Below, piece by piece: positions 38,494 through 46,571 of a stretch of 64,000 bases of DNA (positions within the stretch are counted from its first letter, which is position 1; the number at the start of each line of letters is the position of its first letter). The notes below the pieces were generated by a model. That model made no database searches. It saw nothing but the letters and a program-made list of their open reading frames with translations, and had not been told where the DNA came from. The translations under genes were made by a program, and so were the position numbers. Source of the DNA: Patescibacteria group bacterium (GTDB lineage: Bacteria; Patescibacteriota; Minisyncoccia; Phycocordibacterales; PALSA-1337); assembly GCA_038065395.1 (NCBI GenBank), contig JBBTRB010000004.1, positions 70,042 through 134,041 on the forward strand, given 5' to 3'.

Positions 38494-39273
38494 ATGCATC
38501 GACGTATCATAGAACTCTGGTATTTCTTCCTGGCCAATCTACGCGCCAGCTATTTTGGTGTGTTCCTCCTCTCTATATTCCTGTTGACCGAAGTGTTCAC
38601 TATTCCGGTGATCAGCCGCTATGACTTCATTTTCTTTGCGGCGGTTTTATTCCAGATCTGTATGCTGGTATTCCGACTCGAAACTCCTCGAGAATTCTTC
38701 GTGATCATCCTCTTCCATATATTGGCGACAGGCATGGAATTATTCAAAACTCATCCCGCGATCGGCTCATGGACATACCCTGGTATCGGAGAGTCGATCT
38801 TTGTCTTGAGTACCGTGCCACTCTTCACCGGCTTTCTCTACTCGGCGATTGGTAGCTATATTTCGCGAGCTTTTAGGGAGCTCAACCTTTCGTATGAACA
38901 CTTTCCTTCGTACATCCATATGTGGGTGCTGGCGATCCTGATCTACATAAACTTCTTTGCGCATCATTTTGTCTACGACATCCGCTATCTACTTTTCGCC
39001 TACGCGATCATTATTTTCTATCGAACACGACTGCATTTCAGAGTTTACCAGAAAGTCCGCACTATGCCGTTCCTCGTCTCGGCACTCCTCACCGCGCTGT
39101 TCGTCTGGCTGGCAGAGAACATCGGCACTTTCACCAATATCTGGCTCTACCCGAGCCAGATCACTTCGTGGCATCTGGTCTCATTCAATAAGACGGGTTC
39201 ATGGTTCCTGTTGCTCATTCTGAGTTTTGCATTGGTGTCGATCATTTATCGGGAGAGGTTGATGAGGAAATAA
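38494..39273 (+). CDS. DUF817 family membrane protein
   Basis: RYDF, FH...GMELFKT...GSWTYP, VPLFTGFLYSAIGSY, AENIGTF. Confidence 0.88.
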   Translation: MHRRIIELWYFFLANLRASYFGVFLLSIFLLTEVFTIPVISRYDFIFFAAVLFQICMLVFRLETPREFFVIILFHILATGMELFKTHPAIGSWTYPGIGESIFVLSTVPLFTGFLYSAIGSYISRAFRELNLSYEHFPSYIHMWVLAILIYINFFAHHFVYDIRYLLFAYAIIIFYRTRLHFRVYQKVRTMPFLVSALLTALFVWLAENIGTFTNIWLYPSQITSWHLVSFNKTGSWFLLLILSFALVSIIYRERLMRK

Positions 39274-39301
39274 AAAATCTCAGATTTGCTACTATACACG
39301 T

Positions 39302-39604
39302 ATGAAGAAAAAGATCTCCAACGGCATCGTACATACTCTGTCAGACGACCTACGCAAGGCACTCTCAACTTCTTCTAGAGCACTTACGGCCTGGGAAGAT
39401 ATTTCACCGCTCGCACGCAATGAGTGGATCTGTTGGGTGGAGTCCGTCAAGAAACCAGAGACACGCAGACAACATGTCGAGAGGACAGTCGAGGAGCTTG
39501 TAGAAGGCAAACGTCGCCCCTGCTGTTGGGTCGGATGTATTCATCGGAAAGATAAAAAGATGAGTGCTGCACAGAGGTGTGTGAGTAAGAGGGGTGGGAT
39601 ATAA
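39302..39604 (+). CDS. YdeI/OmpD-associated family protein
   Basis: WEDISPLARNEWICWVESVKKPETR...RPCCW.GC. Confidence 0.85.
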   Translation: MKKKISNGIVHTLSDDLRKALSTSSRALTAWEDISPLARNEWICWVESVKKPETRRQHVERTVEELVEGKRRPCCWVGCIHRKDKKMSAAQRCVSKRGGI

Positions 39605-39666
39605 AAAGAATAAAAAACACCCCGCTGTCGCGACGGGGTGCATGAATGGGAATCGAACGAGAGGTG

Positions 39667-40446
39667 TCACTTCACCAGCCTCAGAGCATGGATGAGGTAT
39701 TTTTCCGTATGCGCGAGGTCGAGAGGATCTCCCTGATGACCTCTGGTACTGAGTTTCCCTTCGGCATCAATGCTTATGTCCGGGAACTCAGCAAGAATCG
39801 GCTTGAGAATTTCGAGACCGTGTGGTCCCAAACCTCCCGCAACTCCGAGTCCCAGATCAGGAAGACTTTGGCTCAAGGCTCTGAGATAAGGGAGGAGCCT
39901 GTCTGGATTCATGGGCTCACCTTGACCCATGCTTTCGTCGAGGAGTACTCGATGGATCACTCCTTGGTAGGGTTTGAGTTTCTCTACGAGGTTCGCGGGG
40001 CTTTGTCCTGCTTCGTTGAGGATGTACTTGTCGATCTGCAAGATCACTTCGATCCGTCTTGTATCGTCGCGAAGAGCCTCGGCGATCCTCTCCGGACGTG
40101 GCCACCTGAGATCGAGTTGTATCGCGTCAAGGTTATAGCCGCCCAGGGCAACGGCCTTTCTGAGGTCTGCGGCCAAGGTCTTGCGATGTGCCATATCTGC
40201 ATAGTGCAGACAGTTGTATACCTGAACCTCGGGTGAGCAAAAGACACTCGCGATCCGGTCGTTGGCAATGAATGAACTCGCTGATTCGCCAGAAGTTTCA
40301 TTTACTCTGTGGTAGTGCGTCATCACGCCCACATGTAAGAGGCGTTCTGAGTGAAGTCTTCGATGTCTCATGAAGACTTGAAGCATTTCTGCGACTTCCT
40401 TGTACGTCCGGAAGCCGGTGATACCGATATAGGGTAGTTTTTTCAT
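39667..40446 (-). CDS. TIM-barrel protein, phosphoribosylanthranilate isomerase-like
   Basis: YIGITG, LLDESMGQG, GVAGGLGP, IDAEGKL. Confidence 0.7.
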   Translation of the reverse strand: MKKLPYIGITGFRTYKEVAEMLQVFMRHRRLHSERLLHVGVMTHYHRVNETSGESASSFIANDRIASVFCSPEVQVYNCLHYADMAHRKTLAADLRKAVALGGYNLDAIQLDLRWPRPERIAEALRDDTRRIEVILQIDKYILNEAGQSPANLVEKLKPYQGVIHRVLLDESMGQGEPMNPDRLLPYLRALSQSLPDLGLGVAGGLGPHGLEILKPILAEFPDISIDAEGKLSTRGHQGDPLDLAHTEKYLIHALRLVK

Positions 40447-40517
40447 AGTGCATGTACTTTTTTTCTGCACTGAATACTACACAAATAATGCTGAGGTGCA
40501 ATGTCGGTAAACCCCTT

Positions 40518-40847
40518 CTAACACCCTCTCCCACCCCAGAAGAAACAAGGCCACTGGTCGATGATGAGTGTCACCCATGCCCAGGCAAGGATTCCGGAGA
40601 GGATTATCTGGAGGGCGAGGAGGAGTGGCTTCCGGGAAGCGGTGCGGTTTTTGAATGTGTGCAGGATCGAGGTGAGGAGGTATGCGAGGAGGGTCATCTC
40701 GACCCATAACACTATGAAGAGATGGACAGGGAAGCCTGTACGCGGACCCGAGGTTTCACGAGTTATGAATTCTCCGATAGCAAAAGGCGCATTGATGAGG
40801 ATGCTGACGAGTACGGCAGTACGGATTTTGGAAAGTAATAAAGTCAT
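40518..40847 (-). CDS. Small membrane protein
   Basis: 3 TM, C-terminal DQWPCF...GC. Confidence 0.7.
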   Translation of the reverse strand: MTLLLSKIRTAVLVSILINAPFAIGEFITRETSGPRTGFPVHLFIVLWVEMTLLAYLLTSILHTFKNRTASRKPLLLALQIILSGILAWAWVTLIIDQWPCFFWGGRGC

Positions 40848-40866
40848 AAAAGTTTGTTACGTTAGT

Positions 40867-41166
40867 TTAGCGTAGTTTCAGATAGAAGGTAACTGTTGAA
40901 TGATCAAAAATATCCTCCATCTTTCGTATCTTGGCTTTGAGAGGGAGCAGATATGTGCCTGATTTCTTGTCGGGGAATATAGAAGTATTCCACCGTGTCG
41001 TGCCGATGGTAACCGAGACAGGGAGAGATCCCCATCCTCGGGCATGCACACCGAATTTCTCTTTGATCTCTTGGGCTTGGGGTTTTGGGAGTGCGAGAAA
41101 TCTCCATGCACTCATGCCGGGATATACGAACACTTTCGAAGTCAGAGTATATGTGTTCGTCGACAT
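40867..41166 (-). CDS. DUF1905 domain protein
   Basis: GWGSLPVSVTIG...WNTSIFP...YLLPLKAKIRK. Confidence 0.88.
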   Translation of the reverse strand: MSTNTYTLTSKVFVYPGMSAWRFLALPKPQAQEIKEKFGVHARGWGSLPVSVTIGTTRWNTSIFPDKKSGTYLLPLKAKIRKMEDIFDHSTVTFYLKLR

Positions 41167-41169
41167 ATG

Positions 41170-41388
41170 TTAGTCCGCGACTCGGGTATCGAACTCCTTT
41201 TGCATCCGTGCCATCCATTGATCTTGAGTCTCACCAGTACGCTTCTCCATATCCATGATACTCGCCTTATGTGCTTCGTCGGCCATCATATGAGGCATAG
41301 CTTGCTGTATGATCTCCATGAGGGAACCACCAGAAAATCTCTGATCGCACGTACCACCCAACTCTTTGCAGGTAAATGTTTTGTTCAT
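41170..41388 (-). CDS. DUF1059-like small metal-binding protein
   Basis: TCKELGGTCD...H motif. Confidence 0.75.
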   Translation of the reverse strand: MNKTFTCKELGGTCDQRFSGGSLMEIIQQAMPHMMADEAHKASIMDMEKRTGETQDQWMARMQKEFDTRVAD

Positions 41389-41530
41389 GTCGGCATTATC
41401 TCAGGAAGTTTGGTGAAATGCCAGCAGTAGGTTTCTTTGGAATCGTGAAGTCGATTGAGGTCGAGATAAAGAAATATAAATGAAAAACCCGCTGCGACGA
41501 GTTTCCCAATGGAACTGTCGAGCGGGTAGC

Positions 41531-42289
41531 TTATTTGTGCGGAAGGTTATCGAGCAAACCATACACGCTCTCCAGGACTTCTTGCCAGGCGGGATGCCCA
41601 GTATCTCCATTCGATAGTTTCCAGGCAACGTAGAATCTATTCTGAATCTGGAACGTAGGGAGATTGTATAGCTCTACCAATGGAGTAATCGTGTGGCGGC
41701 AGGTTTCTGCCCATGCCCGAGATTCCTCTTCCTTTGTTACTGCTGCTGTAGCTGAGCGTCCATCATAGCCAGCATGTTCCATTTCATGCATGAGCATGAT
41801 GGTGAAATAAGTCTCAAACAATTTTCTCCAGTCCGCTCTTCCAGATCCTCGTACCTCTTTGAACGTGTCAAGAAGTGCGGGGACATGAAGGACGAATGTG
41901 ACTTGGTGTTCGTTGGTGTTAAAACCTGTGGTGGCGCTGATGGTCTTTCCTGCCCAGTGGTAATTGAAACTCGCGTGAGTACGAATACCTTTCTGAGTTC
42001 GTTCCAAGACTCTAGACTTAAGATGCGCACTACGCGCATTGATTTCTGGGTAAGGAAACTGCGCTCCTGCCCACTGATCAACGGCAATAGGTTTGAGCTC
42101 GCTACTCCAAAAAGATTTGAGCTCATCGGAGCTGTATGAAGAATTTCCCATATTTACCACTGGAGAAGTGGCTACGGGTACACTCTTTTTGTTGTGGAGT
42201 AGTGCGAATCCGGTAGCGAGAATAACGATAGTGATAATCGTCCATGTCACTGGGCGAAGATTGTTTCGCCGTTTCTTTTTTGTATTCAT
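41531..42289 (-). CDS. Membrane-anchored protein with HEXXH motif (putative zinc metalloprotease)
   Basis: N-terminal TM; MHEMEH...EESRAW. Confidence 0.65.
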   Translation of the reverse strand: MNTKKKRRNNLRPVTWTIITIVILATGFALLHNKKSVPVATSPVVNMGNSSYSSDELKSFWSSELKPIAVDQWAGAQFPYPEINARSAHLKSRVLERTQKGIRTHASFNYHWAGKTISATTGFNTNEHQVTFVLHVPALLDTFKEVRGSGRADWRKLFETYFTIMLMHEMEHAGYDGRSATAAVTKEEESRAWAETCRHTITPLVELYNLPTFQIQNRFYVAWKLSNGDTGHPAWQEVLESVYGLLDNLPHK

Positions 42290-42460
42290 TTAGATTCCTT
42301 GGGTTGATGTCAAAAACCAAAACTACTATTTTGAAGATAACATTAAATACTGAATATGTCAATTAAGGTGGGGTCTGCTTCAAAACTAATAAACAAAAAA
42401 CACCAAAGTTGTCGGTGTTTTTATTCAGTGCTCCAGATGTGTGGGGAAGTTAGAACTCAC

Positions 42461-43417
42461 TTAGGAAGTAACAAGTACGTCCTTTGTCTTTTCTAAATAG
42501 GTTTGCAGATCATTTATTCCTTGTTCTTTTCCTGTTTTGCTCCAAAGGGTAAAAAGTATATGACTTTGAATAATTATCGCGGCTTGAAGGACTTTTCGGT
42601 TTAACGCTGTTGTGTCCTCAGAATAACCTCTAATAAGTTGCTCAGCAACCTCACCATCTATTCCGCGTCCTATTGCTTTGCAGATGGCACTTGCCAAGTC
42701 CATATAAGGGTGATTAAGAGTTGGAATAGGATCAAAAATTGTTATAGGGTCAGTATCAAAGACATTCTGGTAGGCAAAATCGTTATGGCAGTAGCTACTT
42801 TCTGAGGAATTTCCAACGTATTCCACAAGGATTTTAATAGCAAGCGGGAAATTGTCACTTGTTTCATCCAGGTCAGGTCTTTTCTTATCAATTGCATCCT
42901 GGAGCCAGTTTCTAAACTGAGTATAATTACCTTTTCCATTTTTTATAGAACCAAAACCTTCTGATTTGGCAGTATGCATTGTACGTAATGCCCTGCCCAT
43001 TTTTACAAACATTTCTTTCTGTAGAACCTCACCTTTTTTGTATGCTTCGTGAAGTGTCTTGGCATCTATGAAGTCCATGAGCAAGTAATGGCTCCCATCG
43101 ATAGTACCTTCTTCGATAACATGAGGTACGTTGACACCAACTTTTTCCCAGGCCTTCAGGAACATGCCCTCATATTCATAAAAAGATTTAGCACTAAGAG
43201 GAATTTTCAAGACCTTTTTTGTGTCACCGGTATCAAGGATGCAAGTGAGGGAAGCGACTCCAGCCGAAGGAAAAAACACGTGTACGTCCTTGTCTTTAAA
43301 TAATATATGTTGATTCAGAAATGTTTCTATATGAGGTAGAAGACTCATGCGGCGCTTATTTGAATCTGAATAGTGGTCAAGCTCGGAAACTTTGGGTTGA
43401 TTGAGAAAAGTAATCAT
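42461..43417 (-). CDS. Aminoglycoside phosphotransferase/kinase-like protein
   Basis: VLKI, HNDFAYQNV, IFDP; AT-rich. Confidence 0.8.
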   Translation of the reverse strand: MITFLNQPKVSELDHYSDSNKRRMSLLPHIETFLNQHILFKDKDVHVFFPSAGVASLTCILDTGDTKKVLKIPLSAKSFYEYEGMFLKAWEKVGVNVPHVIEEGTIDGSHYLLMDFIDAKTLHEAYKKGEVLQKEMFVKMGRALRTMHTAKSEGFGSIKNGKGNYTQFRNWLQDAIDKKRPDLDETSDNFPLAIKILVEYVGNSSESSYCHNDFAYQNVFDTDPITIFDPIPTLNHPYMDLASAICKAIGRGIDGEVAEQLIRGYSEDTTALNRKVLQAAIIIQSHILFTLWSKTGKEQGINDLQTYLEKTKDVLVTS

Positions 43418-43485
43418 ATAGAAAGTATAACAAAGACATTTAAAAGAAAAAACGCCCGTTAGGACGTTTTCTCATTTTTCATTTG

Positions 43486-43794
43486 CTCCGGAGACAGGAT
43501 TCGAACCTGTGACCAATCGCTTACGTATACTCCACTATTACTAATGGTACGGACTATATCATTCCCATATTCCACGGTCAGTGGAAGTTAGGGAAGAGGC
43601 GCTTCGTCCGATGCAACATCGGACTACTCCCCGAAGGGATAGTCTCTACACCTTCCCCGACATGATGTCGGGGCTTGGCTCGGTATTGCCCATGGGGATG
43701 GGTTTCACCGAATTCACCTCTTTTTCGATCCGTCTTTCAACGAAAAGCTGCAATAAGTTTACAGGCGACTGCTCTACCGCTGAGCTACTCCGGA
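43486..43794 (-). tRNA. tRNA-Asn(GUU) split by a group I intron (exons 43794-43761 and 43523-43486)
   Basis: Spliced cloverleaf TCCGGAG...GTCGC-CT-GT|T-AA-GCGAT...GGTTCGAATCC...CTCCGGA-G. Confidence 0.92.
43524..43760 (-). other. Group I intron (237 nt) at anticodon position 35/36
   Basis: U before the 5' splice site, terminal G, core motifs AAGGTGTAGAGACTA and GATATAGTCC (P7). Confidence 0.9.
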
Positions 43795-44039
43795 ATGTAT
43801 TTTTTAAGGAACTCCTTTCCGTATCCACTCTTCAATCTTTTCTCTTCTTGCCTTGCCGCAGACCTATCCTTTCCTACTAACTTACAATATATCATTTTCC
43901 ACGGTCTGTATGGTCGAGTAGAAGTTACTTCACCGGCATTATGTTCGATAAGCCTTTTCTCTGGGTGATAACTCATGCCGACATATATCCTGTGGTCTAC
44001 TTCGCTGAGTAGTGCATATACGTAGTACATCTTCTCCAT
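43785..44039 (-). CDS. GIY-YIG endonuclease (small)
   Basis: YYVYAL...IYVGMS...RLIEHNAG...STRPYRPW...EKRLKSG; stop codon lies inside the tRNA 5' end. Confidence 0.9.
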   Translation of the reverse strand: MEKMYYVYALLSEVDHRIYVGMSYHPEKRLIEHNAGEVTSTRPYRPWKMIYCKLVGKDRSAARQEEKRLKSGYGKEFLKKYIPE

Positions 44040-44054
44040 GAGATAGAGTTTATC

Positions 44055-44108
44055 ACAGGCAACTGCTCCCTGCCTGCCGGCAGGCAGGTACCGCTGAGCT
44101 ATCCCGGA
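44055..44108 (-). pseudogene. Orphan tRNA 5' half with a 20-bp palindrome inserted in the D-arm
   Basis: TCCGGGATAGCTCAGCGGTA[CCTGCCTGCCGGCAGGCAGG]GAGCAGTTGCCTGT. Confidence 0.8.
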
Positions 44109-44171
44109 ATAGGTCTCTATCTCAATGCGAACATGAGAAAATGTACCACATATGGTACCGTAAATCAAAAC

Positions 44172-44396
44172 ATGTACATACACGTCAGAGTTATTGCCGA
44201 TGCACGGAAAGAAGAGGTTACGCATACCTCGAAGGATCATATGGTCATACGAGTGACAGAGAAGGCCGAACGCAATCAGGCCAACAAAAGAATTCTGGAA
44301 ATACTTCGAAGTTTATACCCGAATACCTTCATCCGTATTATCAATGGTCACCATTCACCATCGAAACTCATATCAGTCGATACGAAAGATGAGTAG
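44172..44396 (+). CDS. DUF167 family protein
   Basis: VRVIADARKE...AERNQAN...GHHSPSK. Confidence 0.85.
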   Translation: MYIHVRVIADARKEEVTHTSKDHMVIRVTEKAERNQANKRILEILRSLYPNTFIRIINGHHSPSKLISVDTKDE

Positions 44397-44451
44397 TGGG
44401 CTGGTTCCCGATGCGATATAATAAGAGTATTAGTAATTAACCAATACTTCT

Positions 44452-44820
44452 ATGAACATCAACATCAAGACCACCGCCCTTACCATGACCGATGCGATAT
44501 CCGAGTATATAGCGAAACGACTCGAAAAGGTTACCAAGCTCATTGGAGAAGATCCTTCTGTTCAGTGTGATGTTGAACTTGCACGTACGACCAGCCATCA
44601 CAACAAGGGTGATATTTTCAAGGCTGAGATCCATATCGTCGGTGCAGGCAAGAATCTCTACGCCAGTAGCGAGAAGGAAGACCTGTACACTGCCATCGAT
44701 GATGTTCAGAATGAGATCGTACGAGAACTCACTACCGACAAAGAGAAGAAGCAGTCGATGATCCGCAAAGGAGGTGCTCGCATGAAGGCGATGATGAAGG
44801 GGCTCTGGCCTTGGAAGTAG
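44452..44820 (+). CDS. hpf: Ribosome hibernation factor (HPF/RaiA)
   Basis: MNINIK...TDAISEYIAKRL...EDLYTAID. Confidence 0.9.
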   Translation: MNINIKTTALTMTDAISEYIAKRLEKVTKLIGEDPSVQCDVELARTTSHHNKGDIFKAEIHIVGAGKNLYASSEKEDLYTAIDDVQNEIVRELTTDKEKKQSMIRKGGARMKAMMKGLWPWK

Positions 44821-44826
44821 ACATGT

Positions 44827-45000
44827 ATGAGTGATCAACCCTTTTTCAATTTTTCAGGGAAACAGATCATCAACCAGTGGTTGGGAATATCACTGATATC
44901 GTTGATGTGTTTCTGGACGGTACTCTACTATGTCGTGAACAAAGCTCAAGATGTCGGACAGAGTCTCGTCGTTGGTACTACTATCTCGACGAAGCATTGA
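44827..45000 (+). CDS. 57-aa single-TM protein (below ORF-track cutoff)
   Basis: MSDQPFFNFSGKQIINQWLGISLISLMCFWTVLYYVV..., directly after hpf. Confidence 0.5.
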   Translation: MSDQPFFNFSGKQIINQWLGISLISLMCFWTVLYYVVNKAQDVGQSLVVGTTISTKH

Positions 45001-45850
45001 GAGCTCCGTACCCACGGACGAAGTCTGCATAGGGCATAGCAGTGCCACCTTCAGGAATAACACGCTCAATTGCGAGTGTGTTATTCGTATATGAAGCCTC
45101 AGTGATCTTGACTCGGATCTGTGTGCCGTTGTGTGTGTGCATGACATAGGCAACTGGCCATGTATTGTAAGCTTGGATCTTACGGAAGTTCTTGTATGCG
45201 TCGTCAGTAAGATCGAGCAGTCCGTCTTCTTTGTGAATCTTTTTTGTAAAAGTCGCTGATGGGTGTTCTTGTTCTTGTTCAGTGATCTTGCCCTCTATCC
45301 AGAGTGGTAGGGTATCTGCCAAGAGATTGGCCCCCTCGGTTGCCATCAGAGTTTCGAATGCTTCATAGGTTGGCCAGGTGTCGATGGATATTCCTTTGTG
45401 AGCAAGGAGTGGTCCATGGTCCATCTTGTCATCGATGCGCATGATCGTGATGCCGGTATTTTTTGTATCTTCGAGCATCGCGGATTGAAGAGGAGATGCT
45501 CCGCGGTATTGAGGCAAGAGAGAAGGGTGAATATTGAGAGTCTTGTGAGGAGGGATGTCTATGACTGCAGAAGGGAGGATTTTGCCATATGAAGCAACAA
45601 TGAAGACGTCACTTGCTATACGCTTCAATAGTTCAATGGTTTCATTGTTGAATTGTTCAGGTATTTCTACAGGGATAGAATGTTCGACTGCCCAGGTCTT
45701 CACTACGTTAGGAGTCAGAACCATCTTCCTGCCTTGAGGCTTGTCTGGAGTAGTGACGATGAGGGTAGGGACGAGGCCTCTCTGTGTCAGTGTGTCGAGC
45801 ACGATGACTGAGAAGCGTGATGAACCGAAGTATGTAAATGGGATGTTCAT
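44981..45850 (-). CDS. fmt: Methionyl-tRNA formyltransferase
   Basis: PDKPQGR, ASYGKIL, NIHPSLLPQYRGASP, MDHGP. Confidence 0.97.
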   Translation of the reverse strand: MNIPFTYFGSSRFSVIVLDTLTQRGLVPTLIVTTPDKPQGRKMVLTPNVVKTWAVEHSIPVEIPEQFNNETIELLKRIASDVFIVASYGKILPSAVIDIPPHKTLNIHPSLLPQYRGASPLQSAMLEDTKNTGITIMRIDDKMDHGPLLAHKGISIDTWPTYEAFETLMATEGANLLADTLPLWIEGKITEQEQEHPSATFTKKIHKEDGLLDLTDDAYKNFRKIQAYNTWPVAYVMHTHNGTQIRVKITEASYTNNTLAIERVIPEGGTAMPYADFVRGYGALNASSR

Positions 45851-45854
45851 AGTA

Positions 45855-45883
45855 TGTCATCCCCGCTCAGGCGGGGATCTGCG
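45855..45883. repeat. REP-like palindrome
   Basis: TGTCATCCCCGCTCAGGCGGGGATCTGCG between def and fmt. Confidence 0.8.
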
Positions 45884-45891
45884 GGTTAGTT

Positions 45892-46425
45892 TTATTTCTT
45901 TTTCTTCAGTTCCTCGACCTCCGCCTCCTCCATTTCCCATATGTCAGTTGCACGATCTATGAAAAGTATTCCTTCGAGATGGTCGACCTCGTGCTGGAAT
46001 ATCTGTGCCAGGAGGCCACTGGCACCACGTTCGATCTTCTCGCCTTTCTCATTGAGGGCACGGACAGTGGCACGGACAGAACGAGGGACTTTGCCATAGA
46101 GCCAACGAACAGAGAGACAACCTTCTTCGACGACGTTCTTCTCGCGAGACAGACGAGTGATAGTTGGGTTGATGAATACGAGATGTCCTGCTTCGCCCGT
46201 GTATTCAGGATCTGCTTGTCTGAGAAGAGTCCCAGAGACGATGAAGATGCGCAGCGGTACACCGATCTGAGGTGCGGCGATCGCGATGCCATCGTGTTGC
46301 GAGTCGAGGGCAGTGATCATGTTAGCGAGGATTTTCGCCAGTTTGGCTGTGCCAATATCTGAAGAGGCCACATCTTTGGCCTTGGCATGGAGTACCGGGT
46401 TGTCGCGTTGCACGATGTCGATCAT
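45892..46425 (-). CDS. def: Peptide deformylase
   Basis: GIAIAAPQIG, EGCLS, QHEVDHLEG. Confidence 0.97.
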   Translation of the reverse strand: MIDIVQRDNPVLHAKAKDVASSDIGTAKLAKILANMITALDSQHDGIAIAAPQIGVPLRIFIVSGTLLRQADPEYTGEAGHLVFINPTITRLSREKNVVEEGCLSVRWLYGKVPRSVRATVRALNEKGEKIERGASGLLAQIFQHEVDHLEGILFIDRATDIWEMEEAEVEELKKKK

Positions 46426-46460
46426 GGAATAACTGTAACAGGAGAAACAAAAACAGTAAA

Positions 46461-46568
46461 TAGTAACTAGAAAAATGTAACTTGTAACTAGAGATGTGTC
46501 TCTGCGATTTTCCAATTACTAATTACCAATCCCTAGTTACATTTTTCTAGTTACCAGTTACTAATCTC
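46461..46568. repeat. Degenerate 7-mer tandem repeats arranged as inverted arrays
   Basis: GTAACTA-type repeats facing TAGTTAC/AATTAC-type repeats. Confidence 0.7.
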
Positions 46569-46571
46569 CTA

